DNA of 64,000 nucleotides, from assembly GCF_009914755.1 (NCBI RefSeq), contig NC_060925.1; one strand, 5' to 3'. This stretch comes from the human T2T-CHM13v2.0 reference genome, Homo sapiens. Positions 1 through 13,982 of the stretch are shown one piece after another. Each line of letters opens with the position of its first letter. Within the stretch, counting starts at the first letter, position 1. The position numbers were made by a program, and so were the translations under genes. Under the pieces are notes generated by a model, which ran no database searches, was not told the DNA's origin, and saw only the letters and a list, made by a program, of their open reading frames with translations.

Positions 1-449
1 GTTCCTCCTAATAAAGCTAAGGTAAACTATATGTAAGCATTACCTATAATTATTCTGAATTCCAAATTAAATGAATCCAAACTAACATAGATTTTTCTGT
101 ACACGAGTTCTCCAAAGAGAAATGCAAATATTACAGTTTAGCAAAGACTTTAAACTAACAACCTTGAAAGAGGAGACAAGTGGAAAAGGGTTAAAGGCAA
201 AATTGTTTCTGCCCCAGGAGGAATCTGCTCACACTCTTTGAAGCAGAAAATACAGTGACTTTGCTGTGAGTTGTAAAACACTTTAAAGTTAGGTCATGAG
301 AAGCACTGTGAAGAAAAAGTGTGTTTGTTTTGTTTCTTAGAGATGTGGTTTTCCTGGTGGCTTCTCCTAGAACAGTATTCTTTTCTCCAAAATAATGGTT
401 TATTCCAAAAGAATAATAAATAATCTATATGTGGTACAAAGAATTCTTA

Positions 450-625
450 ACACACATTATCTTATTTAATCCTCACAAATGTCAACAGGATTACCATCTC
501 TGTTTTATTTGTAGACTCAGGAAGACTAAGTAAATTTTCTAAGTTCAGCACACCCAGTTAAGAGCAGACCCAGACATTGAAACTGTATCTTTCAATGTGA
601 AGTCAAAATACTTCCACACTCCACC
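450..625. mobile_element. MIR SINE fragment
   Basis: Degenerate MIR core (ttatttaatcctcacaa...aagactaagtaaattttctaagttcagcacac); boundaries approximate. Confidence 0.6.
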
Positions 626-1154
626 ATATTGCCATTGCAAATAGCAACTAATAAATAGCTCCCTGCATCATGAAGTGAACCCACAGTAACTAAAACACAG
701 TCATGGGAATTTACTGGGTTGAGCTTTTGCCAAAGCCTGAAGCACCACAAGGAATTCTAGAGACATAGCAGAGAGTTACAGGTTTAGAGAAAACAGCAGG
801 AGCACCTAACAGGAGAGAAAGCACAGTTTTGCAGACCCACAGCAAGAAGAAAGTGGCCAGGAGAGAATGTAATGTGGACCACAGAATGCAGAAAGAGTGG
901 AGAGGAGAAATTTCAGGAGAAATGACACTCCAGGGGCTGAAGAGTGATGCAAAAGATAAAAGAATAATCACACAATAGCTAATGGTATGACAACATCAAC
1001 AAATAAACATTTAGCCTGCATCTATAATACGCACTTCATATGTGTTACCTCCCAATACACTATGAAGTCAGTATCGACATTGACCCTATGTCCAGAACAG
1101 AAAACTAGACACGGAGGGATCATTCTTCCTAATAAAGCTAAGGTAAACTATATA

Positions 1155-1300
1155 TTTTTTGGCTATCGAATTCTGGGTTGACAATCTTTTTTCTTTGGCC
1201 CTAAAGATGTCATTCTTCTGACTTCTGCCTCCATTGTTTCTGATCACAGGTCAGCAGTCATTCACATTGTTGTTCCTTGGGCTCATTTCAAGACATTCTC
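1155..1300 (-). mobile_element. Old L1M fragment (ORF1 region, antisense)
   Basis: ttctgggttgacaatc...cttctgcctccattgtttctgat resembles antisense L1M 5' region. Confidence 0.5.
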
Positions 1301-1924
1301 TAGCTTGTAATCACACAGATCACACAGCTTGTAAGAGATGATGCAGTATTTAGAGCAGGTCTGGCTGAGTCCAGAATCCACTCTTCCAGCGACTCTGAGA
1401 ACTTGGAATAGTGTGTAACAGCATCCTGGGAGTAGGATAGCTGGGCATGGAGCAAATCACAGAGCAAGGCTGTACATTCATGACTGGGAACAAGAAGAAA
1501 GCAAATGAGACCAAAGAGGCAGGAGAGCAAGAAACCAGGGACACATAAACAGCATTGATAAGCTGATCTCTTCATTCCTGACAAAAGCTATTAGCAGAAG
1601 CAGATGTTAAAAAAAAAGAAAAAGTAATTTCAAGTCTGGAATGACTGAAACATCTTCAGTAGAGATATTGCTAACTTTGCCCAGAGTATGACTCTCTCCA
1701 ATAATATCATTTTAATTTAGATTTGCAGTGAAACAATCCTATCAGATATTATCGAAAGCAGTAATGGTATTTAGCAGTTGCACATTCCTTTTACAGTTTT
1801 CAAAGAGGCTTCGCACACATAATACATTTGGTTCTCAGAAATTCTGTGATGATGTTATTGATGCTTCAAGTTTTTTGATAAGTAAATAATAATCATCCTA
1901 ATTAGGCATAAGAGTGTGGGGGAA

Positions 1925-2155
1925 AGAGGCATTAGACTGACTGAGATTCACATCATGGGCAGAGCCTGACATTATTAGTTTATGACATTGGGTGAGTTAA
2001 TACATTTTCTGAACCTCAATTTCCTATGTGCAAAGTAGGGATTATAATTTCTAGCTTGGAATGTTTTCGGTTGAAGTCAAGTAAAATCACAAGAATATAT
2101 ATATATAGTACCCAACCATGTCTGAAAAAAATGGCCATTCAATAAGTAGCAGATC
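1925..2155. mobile_element. MIR SINE fragment
   Basis: tgacattgggtgagttaatacattttctgaacctcaatttcctatgtgcaaagtaggg MIR core. Confidence 0.65.
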
Positions 2156-3111
2156 ATGTTTTAGTCAGGATTCTCAACTTCAAGTGATGAAATTCTGACC
2201 AAAACTATTTATTTAATATCTTAGAGATACAAATGGATATCAAATAACCAAACTGTAAGAACAGCAGGGATACAGTTGAGCCTTAAGAACTATAAGCAGC
2301 AATATGAAAATAGCCAAGATGCCTCTATTTCTTTTCTCCCAGTTTTTCTCTGGATATCATTTTCATTCTTTTTTTATTACAAAATGTATTGCTTCACATA
2401 GTGGCAAATAAGGCATCTAATGGCTACCAAGTTCTATACCTCTGCCACTGAGTAGGACTAGAATTTAGTTCTCTAGGGTCCTGATCTGGAGTCAAGTCCT
2501 CCACTCCCACCCACACATCAGTAGCCAGAGGGCAGACAGGATGGGAAAACATGGCAGCTCCACATAACCACATGGATGGAGGGTGGCAGTATGAGGGTAC
2601 AAGTGCCCTGGAGAAAGTGGTGGTAGGAATGTGATCTCATATACATCCACTAAATAATTGCAGCGTCCCAAGGTCATAAACCTAGTGCTAGAGGTGGAAC
2701 TTAAATTCAGATCTGACTCCAAGTCAACTTTCTCTACTACATCAGTGCTAAAAATCTGTTGTAAGCTACCAGTCATCTGGCCACTGGATGAGATGCAGAC
2801 AGGAACAGCCTCCCTCAGTGTGGCTCCCTGGATGCCCCACTTCCTGACGAGAAGGAGGAAGTAGAGTTGCCTGACTGATGATTGCAGAGGCTCTAAGTTG
2901 CATTAAAACAGTGACATCCAGAGTCATTGTTAAGACAAGCATCTTCTGGGATCTAGTCTGCTGTAATAGCCTAATCAAGTCATGGCTTAGGAGGCAGTGT
3001 GCAGAGGGGGACAGAAGGCTGGGGGCATTGATGGCTCAAGAACAGGTACCAAGTGCTCATCCCACTGAGTGGTGCTGTTCTGCTCCAAGACCCATGTTCT
3101 CTATTAGGTAC

Positions 3112-3450
3112 TGCTATGGTTTGAATGTCTTCTTTAAAAGTTCATGTGAAACTTGGTTCCCACTCTAACAGTGTGGAGAGGTGGGGCCATTGGGGGGTGA
3201 TTGTGTCATACAGGCTCCACCCTCATGGACGGATTGTGGGAGTAGCTTTGTTGTTGTAAAAGTGAGCTCTCTCTCGCATGCACTAATTTCCCCTTCCACC
3301 CATCCTCCATGAGAAGACTCTTGACACATGCTGGTGCCATTGCTCTTGGATTTCCCAGCCTCCAGAACTGTGAGTCAAATAAACTTCTTTTCTTTATAAA
3401 TTACCCAGTCTGTGGTATTCTGCTATAGCTACAGAAAATGGACTAAGACA
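3112..3450 (+). mobile_element. MaLR solo LTR (MST family)
   Basis: Starts TGCTATGGTTTGAATG and ends GAAAATGGACTAAGACA; internal AATAAA; TG...CA termini. Confidence 0.85.
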
Positions 3451-3859
3451 GGTGATATCTTAATGTTTCCCTTTCTCCTTCAGGGTTGAAACACTGATAT
3501 ATTTTAGGGTCAGGACTCCTTTTCATAATTGCTGCTGTCTTTGAAATTTTTGATGAAACTCACAAAAAGGCAAGAACCAATTTGGCTTGCCATAATTTTG
3601 GAGGTTTTATATTTGGGCAACCAAAGAACCATGACTGGGATAAGCAAAACTGGGCCCTAAATTTGTCTCAAAGGTTTAACCCAAGCTTTTGGCCAAGGAC
3701 CCCAAACTTACTATTCCACAATCCTATTTGGATCCCATTCTCAACACACTGTAGTAAAACCCATATACCTGAGAGGGAATGAAGGGAGAATTAAGAGGAG
3801 AGATGACTTGTTGCTGCAACCCTCAATCTTTGTTTTAGGAAATGTTAGAATGCCAGATT

Positions 3860-4224
3860 CATGGTCTTTGGGCTGCTATAACAGAATACCACAGACTGGA
3901 TGGCTTAAACAAAAACCATTTATTTCTCATAATTCTAGGGGCTGGGAAGTCCAAGATCAAAGCTCCAACATATCTGGTGTCTGGTGAGAGCCCTCATCCT
4001 GGTTTGAAAATGGCCATCTTTTTCTCATATCCTTACATGGTGGAAAGGAGAGAGAGTAAGCAAGCTCTCATGTCTCCTCTTATAAGGGGAATTAATCCCA
4101 CCTTGAAGGCTCCAACTTCATGTCCTAATTACCTTCCAAAGACCCCACCTTTTAATACCATCACACTGGGAGTTAAAATATTAATATATGAATTTGAGGT
4201 GGACAGAAACATTTAGTCCATAAC
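3860..4224 (-). mobile_element. MaLR solo LTR (MLT1A/MSTD-like), antisense
   Basis: gggctgctataacagaataccacagactggatggcttaaac...acatttagtccataaca. Confidence 0.8.
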
Positions 4225-7200
4225 ACCGGGCTCCTGGTAGCTCTGCCCATAAACTAAAGGATTCAGGTTTAATTCAGCCATCTGGTCCAGCAATACAAAG
4301 TGCAAATAATACTATTTATCAACCACAGAGAGGGAAGAGCATGCTGAGGAGTTATATTCAGGCTGTTTCTGAGTAACTCATAATAGATAAGAATTCATAA
4401 TTCAGAGAGTTGTAACACTGCTAAATCTCACAACATCTTTAACTCCACATCTTTAGAGCCTTATGAAGAGCCCAGAATGGTGCCTCATTCCAACATAACA
4501 GATTAAACTAATTTTACCTGGATACAAACGTTGCGGTGAAATCTCATCATGCTTTGTACTTAACCTCATACTCTTCTGGGAGATACTAAAACAATCATTA
4601 AATAAAAGCTCAAGTTTGTAGTAATATTTCAGTTTTAAAAAGTATAAGTGTCACAATGGGCCTTAAATGACCAAATGAAATCTTTATATTTTGCCAAGAG
4701 TTCAATAAATGACGTCTCTACTGCATGAAAACAGTGGTGGTAGGTATTTGATGCTAAGTTGATTGCTTGATGTATGAATATGCATAGATTAAGGATGCTT
4801 TCTCTTGAAGTTGGGTACATGGAGTGTATATCATGAGCTACAATGGCACAGCTTTTTGAACAATCTTAATTTGACTTAAGATATATGATACCAATTAGCT
4901 AGACTATTAAATTCATCTTTACATCATATTTTGGAATTTCGAAGTTCATATGTTTTGTGTGCTCAAAGGGAAGAGAAGTAGAACTTTAACAACATAAGTT
5001 TCATTGAGATAACTGACTGATCTTGAATATTAACTCTTGATTTGTATTAGCATTGTGATTTTTCACTTTTGGAATTTACTGAATTTCCCTATTAGACATT
5101 GGCCATTCCTGTGGCACTGTGCATTGGGCACATGATGCCACGGGAATGCCTAGTTCTGTGCACAGTTCTTCCCTAAGAAGCTACGTGCTGCAAAGCGTAT
5201 CCTGTGATGCAATGCAGGCATTCTGCCTTATCATCCACATCATACATCCCCATAACCTGAATTTCTAAAAGAAACAAGCAAACAAGTTGGTGCCCTGGCC
5301 TTGTTCTGCCAGGAAACACAAGTAAACATTTCTACTGAAAATACTGTTCTGTGGTCTTTGACTATTTCAGAGCCTTTTGGAAACAGTTGGAAACTGTGAG
5401 AGAAATTGAGCTGGGGCTGTAGCTCCACATTTGGCCACATTCAATGCCCATAAAAAGTCACATCTGTGGTGTATTGTGCCCACAGCATACACCATGGGCT
5501 CCTAAAGGAAGTCAACTCTGCTTTACATTCCTGGCTCTAACCTTTCGGTAATGTGAGTTTGAGCAAAAGTCTCTTGCTTGTATACAGGGAACAGGTATTG
5601 CTGTGGGTTCTATGGAATCCACTTCACAGACTTTGTCTGAGAATTAAATAAAGTACAATGTACCTGAAGTGCTGGAACAGGCTAGACATAGTGAGTCCTT
5701 GATAAAAGGTGAGCATTCCTGTCCTTTAAGAGAAGTCAAGGACTGGCTGGCTTGTGGTTTTGGTCATGGCTAATAATCAACTGAAGAGATACTCTTTGAG
5801 AACCTACTGTGTACAAGCTTTGTGCCTCATGTTTCTCTCCTGAATCCTGCCCAAGGGGAAAAAATAGACATTAAAAGGACTCTCCACATCTCAGGAAGCC
5901 ACGTGGAGAATGTAAGACAACCAGTGTCTTGTTAAGTAGTGAAATATGTTTTTCCTTGTTTAGAAAGCCTGGGAGTGAATTCTACCTGGGTGGTTTCTTA
6001 TTGTGTTCAGGGGACCATTTTCTTCAAGGAAGTGTGTTGATGAATCAGCATTTGCCAATTCCCTTTATGCTCAGCTCTTGGGAATTCAAGAAACAGATTT
6101 CTTCTGGGAAATCTCCAGTGTAATGCTCAGAATTCCTTAAACAAACAAATAGTGGCTGGGAGAGTAGTGTCTTATTTATTTATTCATTTAATCTATCTCA
6201 TCCTTGAAAATAAGTACAAAAATTTATCAGCCTATATTTCACTTACCTGTTTCAGTCAATTTACCCTTTGGTCCCAGGAGTTTCCAAGAATCAAAGTATG
6301 CAGCACAAGCATCAATACATTTGGCATACATCACTACTCAACTTCAGCAAAGGAAAAATGTCCTTTGCAATAAGACAGCTGTATTCCTATTACATGTACT
6401 AAATATTCTTAAGAAAATTGGGAGACTATGTTTGCATGTGTCGGTTTCACTTTTGGTAGTGCATCTGTAGAACTGGCCCCTATAAATACAAAATAGAGTT
6501 TCCTAAAGAAAAAATGGCATTTAGAACAATACACATTATCTTGGTGTCGGTTATAATGAGAAACGTGTAAACGTCTTTACTCCAGTGAATTTCAGTAAAT
6601 GAAAACTCATGCTTCCATCTGTACTATTCCACGACTCAGCTCAGAAAATAGAAGTCATTCGAAGTAGAAAGAGATTAAATATAGGGAGGAGGTCCTGACA
6701 ACAGTGTTGGAAAGGCTGAAGGAGCTGATTCCATCTGGGCCTTCAGGGATCTTACAGAACAAGACACAACTGTTTCACTAGAGATGCTGCTACCTCAGTG
6801 GACACCCCTGGAGCCGTACTGGCAGCAAAAGGCTCCTGATGCCTCAGTTACTTCTCAACAACTAGGTAGATGGAGAACAGACACCTAAATCTAATCCACG
6901 GACCAGGGAGCTGGATCATGAAATTGTTGCTGCCTCCACAATTCCTTGACACCCAAGATACCAGAGAATTGACACAGGGATACCGCTACAGGGAAACTTT
7001 CCACTTTCTTGGCCTCACATACCATCAGAAAGGGCCAGTAATTGCAAAAGATGGCCCCACCTCAATCCTACCTTCTGCATCTCATGAACGCATCTAATTG
7101 TAAGACTAATTTGCATGTAAAGCCCTTGTTATAGGGGAGTCTGGAAAGTGAAATTTTTAGCTCTTTCTCTAACTAGTATGAGTGTGGTACGGAGGTAGAT

Positions 7201-8306
7201 TGAGTTCATTCAGAATTTCCAGCACCCCATTTACTCCTGTAGCATGTGGCTCTTAGTTAGCTCTTCCCCCATTTCACTGTTCACCTATCTCTGCCATAGC
7301 ACTAATATTCTGATGTGCTTATTTATGTCTTTCTAGAATTGCATGCACAGTCCTTGAAATAGTTACTTCTATTTCTAATACCTGGTACACAGCACAGACC
7401 AACCAAAGGTCTGTGAAATGTACAAATAAATGAATGCATTGTCTTCGCTAGTCTTAGGCTTCAAAGGCAGGGGCTGTGTCTTATCCACTTTGGTTTAACC
7501 AGATCCCAGCACGAGATCTGGCCTATATTGAAGAAGAAAGTGATTAAAATGAATGTAAATTGTATGCTTTATGATTATCATATCCAATTGGAATACCATT
7601 CTAACTCCTTTATATAAAGTTTCCATTTCTTTGAGCAGATTCCACTTTAAAAATCTTACGTTATATTACTCCTACCACTTGCTCACTTGTAATTAGTGCT
7701 TACTATATTGCAAGCCCACTGCAAAGAGCTTTCCATGTATTTATTTATCTTCATCCTGGGAGGTAGGACCATTATTGACTATAGTCCCTTATATACAATT
7801 ATCTGAAAACCAAATATACAGTTTAATGAAATATAAACACCTGTGTAACCACAGCCAAGATCAAGAAATAGAACGTCGTCAGCACCACAGAAGCATCCTT
7901 ATCCACCCACTCCTGATTCCTAATAACATTTTTCCCCTCTGAATATAATTATTACCACAATATCAATAGTTGTCACTTTATTGCTTTTCTTCAAACTTTT
8001 ATCTTTTTAGTTTGCATTCCTAAAAACTATAGTTCAGCTTTAAATAATTTTGAGCTTCATATAAATGGAATCATACCACAGAAATCCTTTTTTGTGTTTA
8101 GCTGTTTTTATTGTTTTGTTGTTGTTCAATATTATGCTTAGGAGATTTATCCATGTTGCTGGGTGTGGCTCCAGTGGGTTTGTTTTATTGCATATAGTAT
8201 TCCGTTATATTAACAATTAAAAAATATTTACTCATCCTACTCTTAAATGACATTTGGATGGTTTCTGTTTGAGCATGTTATAAATAATGCTTCTAAGAAG
8301 ATTCTT

Positions 8307-8610
<304 letters not shown>

Positions 8611-8639
8611 AAGAAGATTCTTTTGTATACTTTTCCTGA

Positions 8640-8844
8640 ACCCCTTGCCAGGCTGGTAAATGTTTAACAACTGATTCTCCAGAGAGAAATCCCTGGTTGT
8701 TGCATCTGCCTATTTCTGTGGTACAAATTCCACCATATAGCTTATTTTGAGCTACCAATGCAAAGTCACTGAATGTGAAGTTGGGAAGAGATGTGCACAG
8801 ACAGCAATCCCAAGCTGGCGCAAGCTACTTCCAGCACACCACTG
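8640..8844. mobile_element. MER63-like hAT MITE
   Basis: gctggtaaatgtttaacaac...ccagcacaccactg terminal sequence typical of MER63. Confidence 0.7.
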
Positions 8845-10179
8845 CCTGGAGCATATGCACATTTATTTCTGTTTGGTGCATACCTAGAAGTGGATTGACT
8901 CATCAAATGTATATTCAACTGGGACATGTCATATTATTTCCAAAGTGATTGTGCCCAGTTGCCTTACTTCCAGCAGTGTGAACAGTGCCAATTGCTCCAC
9001 ATCTTTACAAACAGTGTGCCATTTTTAGTCAGTCTCTTTGTTAGCATATCTGGTATCTCACAGTGATTTTAATTCCTGTTTCCCTGGTAGGAGTGAGATT
9101 GACATCTTATACGGTTGCTAGCCATTTGAGTATCTTCTTTTCTAAAGTTCGTATTCAAATCTTTTGTCTAGTTTTCTAATGGGATGTCTGACTTTTCTTA
9201 TTGATTTCTAGTCCTTTGTGTTAACAATACTAGCCCCTTGGTTGGGTAAGCGGGCTGCAAATATTTCTTACGTTCAGGGGGCTTACCTTTTATCTCTCTT
9301 GATGACTTTTTATTAATGGAAATGCTTGATTTTAATGTATTCAATTAAGTGTTTTTCCTTTATGATTAGTACTTTAAAATTAGCTTATTATGAGATTCTA
9401 AAGATATGCTCATCTATTATTCTCTAAAATTTTTATTGTCTTGCTTTTCACACTTAGATCTGGAATTGAATTTTAGGGTGAAGTAGAGGTCTATATAAAC
9501 ATTTTATTGTTCTGGCACCATTTATTAAGGGGATTTATTTTCTCCCAACTGCTCTCTGATGCCACATTTGTCCTAAATCAAGTGTCAATATACTATAAGT
9601 GAACTTGTCCTTGAGCTTTCTACTCTGTTCTGTTATTTTATTTGCCTATCTCTACAACAATAGCGATTGGCCAACTTAGTTGCTATCTGATAGGACAATT
9701 CTCTCATACTGTTGTTCTTCATGTGTGTTTTGACTATTCTTCGCTCCGTATTTAACACTACACTTTCAAACTGACTGACCAAGATATAACAAGAAACTTA
9801 TTGGGTAGTAATTGGGATTTTGTTGAATTTATAGATCAGTTGTGGATAACTGACATCTTTAAAATACTCAGTCTTTAATTCAGGAAGATGATCCATCTCT
9901 TGCTGTATTCAGATCATTTTAAATTTCCCTTAAAAATGTTTGTAGTTTTCTACATCAAAGTCTCTCCCAACTTTTTTGAAATTTATTCTTAGGCATATAT
10001 TTTTGATATTACTAAAAATAGTATTTTTTAGTGTAAATTTTGGAATTGTTGATGGTACTAATATAATTAAATTTTTCATATTAACCATAAATCTACAAAT
10101 CTTGTTAAACTTGCCCATCTAATAATTGATCAGTTTCTATTTTTTCTATGTAAACAATCATATCATTTGTGAATAATAT

Positions 10180-10815
10180 CTGTAGTTAGTGAAACTTGAG
10201 GTTAAGGGCATAGTTCTCCAGACTGCCAAGTCTGCCCAAGACACCAAGTGCAAGTTCAGAGATTTTTCAAAACCAACCTCAGGTTTGAAAGTTGCTAGAA
10301 AGACTCTCAGAACTCACTGAAAGCTATGATACTGACAGTTATGGCTGTTAAGGGAAAGGATAAAAATTATAACCATCCAAAGGAAGAGACAGAGAAGGCA
10401 GGGTATGAGAAGGTGTGGAGCTTCTGGCTGTCTTCCCCCTTTGGGTTCTCACATGGATGGCATTACCTCCTTCTGACCATATGTGACGATGTGCACAGAG
10501 TGCTGCCAACCAGGGAATCTAACCTGAGCTTCTGTGACCAGAAGTTATACTGGGGCTTCATTGCACAGGCGTGATCAATGGAATCATTGTCCATGTGGCT
10601 GAACTCAATCTCTAGCCACGTCTCCACAGAGGATAGGCTGATATGAATCATCTCATTAGTATATAAACTATAAAGTGAGGTCTGAGGGGCCCATCACAAA
10701 TAACAAGGACATCCTTACCATTCAGGAAATTCCAAGTATTTAGAGGTTACCTACCTACCAGGAGGTGGGGCAAAGGCCAGACCTCTCTTTGGAAGACAAA
10801 TTCCTTACTATACAA
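10180..10815 (-). mobile_element. MER21/MER77-group LTR, antisense
   Basis: gactctcagaactcactgaaagctatg...caggaaattccaag...aaaggccagacctctctttgg motifs. Confidence 0.65.
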
Positions 10816-11152
10816 TAATTTTTTTCTTTCTTCCCAACTTTATTCATATCTCTTTTACTCGATACATTGCACTGGACATGAACTTCAGTATATTGTAGAA
10901 CAGTAGTGCTAATGGTGGGTACTAGTGTTTTGTTCCTGATATCAATGGGAATGTTTTCAACATTACCAATAAGGTTAATGTTTGGGATAAGTTTTTTGTA
11001 GATACACTTTATCAAATTAGGAGACAGTTTTTATATTCCTCCACTCCCCCTCCCTAACATGTGCAGGCACTTGGGGTCATTAGCAATCCAGAATTACTGT
11101 AGTCCAATTTTGGAGCTGAAATCATTCATGTCTGGGCTCCAGCCCATGGAAG

Positions 11153-11626
11153 TGAGGCAGGAAAATAGGGTCTGGAGGCCAGAAAATAGGCCGATTTACA
11201 CTTCAGCTATAACAGGAAATATCCTCTCCATAGGGCATATGCCATAAATGACTTTGTAACTTTACTTCATCCTCTCCATTTACATAGGGTTACATACCCC
11301 ATGTATGTACATACTCCATTTACATAGGGCTACATACCCCATTTACATAGGGCTCCATTTACATAGGGCTACATCCTCTCCATACATAGGGCTACATTCC
11401 ACTGGTTACATACCAGAAGTAACCAATGGAATCATAGGGGGTAAACTCTCAAAAATTCTGTAATGGGGCCATGGAGCCCCTATGCTCAGGCCCGCTTCCA
11501 CACTGTGGAGTGTACTTTCATTTTCAATAATACCCTTTATTATTGCTTCCTTTCTTTGTTTGTGTGTTACATCCAATTCTTTGTTCAGTATGCCAAGAAC
11601 CTGGACGCCCTCCTCCACCGTTAACA
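11153..11626 (+). mobile_element. MER61 5' LTR (474 bp, internally expanded)
   Basis: TG...CA termini; homologous to 25331-25646. Confidence 0.9.
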
Positions 11627-11631
11627 TACTT

Positions 11632-11649
11632 TGGCGAGCCAGCCAGGAG
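11632..11649 (+). other. Primer-binding site, tRNA-Arg
   Basis: TGGCGAGCCAGCCAGGAG, complementary to the 3' end of tRNA-Arg(ACG) (...CTCCTGGCTGGCTCGCCA), 5 nt after the 5' LTR. Confidence 0.85.
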
Positions 11650-13982
11650 GAAGAGGTAAGCCCAAAGTTTGGGATTTATTCTTTTTTCTCCTTTTCCTTT
11701 CTGCTCCATACAGGGGAGTCTCTCTCTCTTTTTCTTTCCAACCCGGGACCCTTGGTGGGCGGCGCCTAAACATGGAAGCAACTGCTGGTTTCTGGCAGTG
11801 GCCAGTGAAACTAAGGGGGTTCCCTGTGGAGGAGCCTGACCACCACCGCCTGGTTTGCTTAAGGAACCTGGGTATTTTTCATGTTTTTTTTCCCCTCTCT
11901 TTTCAGTCTTTGAGCAGCTGTTTGCTAATAGCTCCTTGGAAATTGAGGGCAATTGGCTGGGATTACTCCCTGGTCCTACCTGAAGGGCTAGGAATGAACA
12001 GGAATAATTGTCCTGCCCTGAAGGGAGAAGGACTTTTTAAAAATCTTTTCTGGGGGTGGCCCCTGATCCCTATGTGAGGCACAGCTTAGAGCAAACTCAC
12101 ACATGTTTCAGGGGACTTAAACCTTCTTTTCTTATGCTAAATTCTTCCTTTATCATACTCAATTGGCTAAGGACAAAAAAGCCCACCAGGCATCCGCTTC
12201 ACATTATAGTTCATGGTTATTTTTATAAAGCTCACAGTATTTTCTGGAGGGAAAAACCTGCATGTGGTGCCCACCTAAGGCCAGAGACATCAGGAACTCT
12301 AAGATTGGACCCCACAGGAGGACATTCCACGGGTTCTGCGAACCGCAACCACTCCAAAGAAGATGCTCTTGGCAGAGGTTCTGAAGTGTAGTATTAAGCC
12401 CTCCTTAGAATCATCTCTCACAGTTGCAATGCTGTTTGGCATTTGGCCCCAACATTGTTTGGAATCTGGAGTTCACTGTTGAATGGGAAAGTAGAATAGT
12501 GTTGCATGTATCCAGGCTTTTGTGCTGCAGTTCTAAGCAGGGGGCCTGGTTAACATGTGATGACCTCCTTTGGTATGGTTTGGCCCCAGTGTTCTTTGGA
12601 GTCTGGGGAGGTTTGGCCTTTAAAAAGCGAACTGCAGAGATTGCTGGCAAGATGGCCAAATAGGAACAGCTCCCATCTGCAGCTCCCAGCGAGAGCGACG
12701 CAGAAGGTGGGTGATTTCTGCATTTCCAACTGAGGTACCTAGTTCATCTCACTGGGACTGGTTGGACAGTGGGTGCAGCCCATGGAGGGCAAGCCGAAGC
12801 AGGGAGGGGTGTTGCGCCACCCAGGAAGCTCAAGGGGTCAGGGAATCCCCTCCCCTAGCCAAGGGAAGCCGTGAGGGACTGTGCCGTGAAGAGCCATGCA
12901 CTCCGGCCCGGATACTGTGCTTTTCCCATGGTCTTCACAACCCGCAGACCAGGAGATTCCCTCGGGTGCCTACACCACCAGGGCCCTGGGTTTCAAGCAC
13001 AAAACTGGGCAGCCAGTTGGGCAGACACGGAGCTAGCTGCAGAAGTTTTTTTTTTTTTTCATACCCCAGTGGCGCCTGGAACACCAGCGAGACAGAACCG
13101 TTCACTCGCCTGGAAAGGGGGCTGAAGCCAGGGAGCCTAGTGGTCTGGCTCCGTGGGTACCACCACCACAGAGCCCAGCAAGGTAAGATCCACTGGCTTG
13201 AAATTCTCGCTGCCAGCACAGCAGTCCGAGGTCGAACTGGGATGCTCGAGCTTGGGTGAGGGGAGGGACATCTGCCATTACTGAGGCTTGAGTAGGTGGT
13301 TTTACCCTCACAGTGTAAACAAAGCTGCCAGGAAGTTCGAACTGGGTGGAGCCCACCACAGCTCAGCCAAGCCTCTGTGGCCAGACTGCCTCTCTAGATG
13401 CCTCGTCTCTGGGTAGCGCATCTCTGAAAAAATGGCAGCAGTCCCAGTTAGGGGCTTATGGATAATACCCCCATCTCCCTGGGACAGAGCACATAGAGGA
13501 AAGGATGTCTGTGGGTGCAGCTTCAACAGACTTAAATGTCCCTGCCAGATGGCTCTGAAGAAGCAGTGGATCTCCCAGCACAGCGCTCGAGCTCTGCTAA
13601 GGGTCAGACTGCCTCCTCAAGTGGGTACCTGACCCCCATGTCTCCTGACTGGGAGACACCTCCCAGTAGGGGCTGACAGACACCTCATACAGGAGAGCTC
13701 TGGCTGGCATCTGGCATGTGCCCCTCTGGGACGAAGCTTCCAGAGGAAGGAACAGGCGGCAATCTTTGCTGTTCTGCAGCCTCTGCTGGTGATACCCAGG
13801 CAAACAGGGTCTGGAGTGGACCTCCAGCAAACTCCAGCAGACCTGCAGCAGAGGGGCTTGACTGTTAGAAGGAAAACTAACAAACAGAAAGGAATAGCAT
13901 CAACATCAACAAAAAGGACATCCACTCAGAGGCCCCATCTGGAGGTCACCAACATAGACCAAGGGTAGATAAATCCACGAAG

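Noticed and set aside
3112-4224. Two oppositely oriented MaLR LTRs as a hairpin or composite element
   Set aside because: Different subfamilies, highly diverged and with no shared TSD; independent solo LTRs.
12711-13259. 182-aa sense ORF in the L1 5'UTR
   Set aside because: GC-rich UTR read-through from a non-ATG start, typical of L1PA 5'UTRs.
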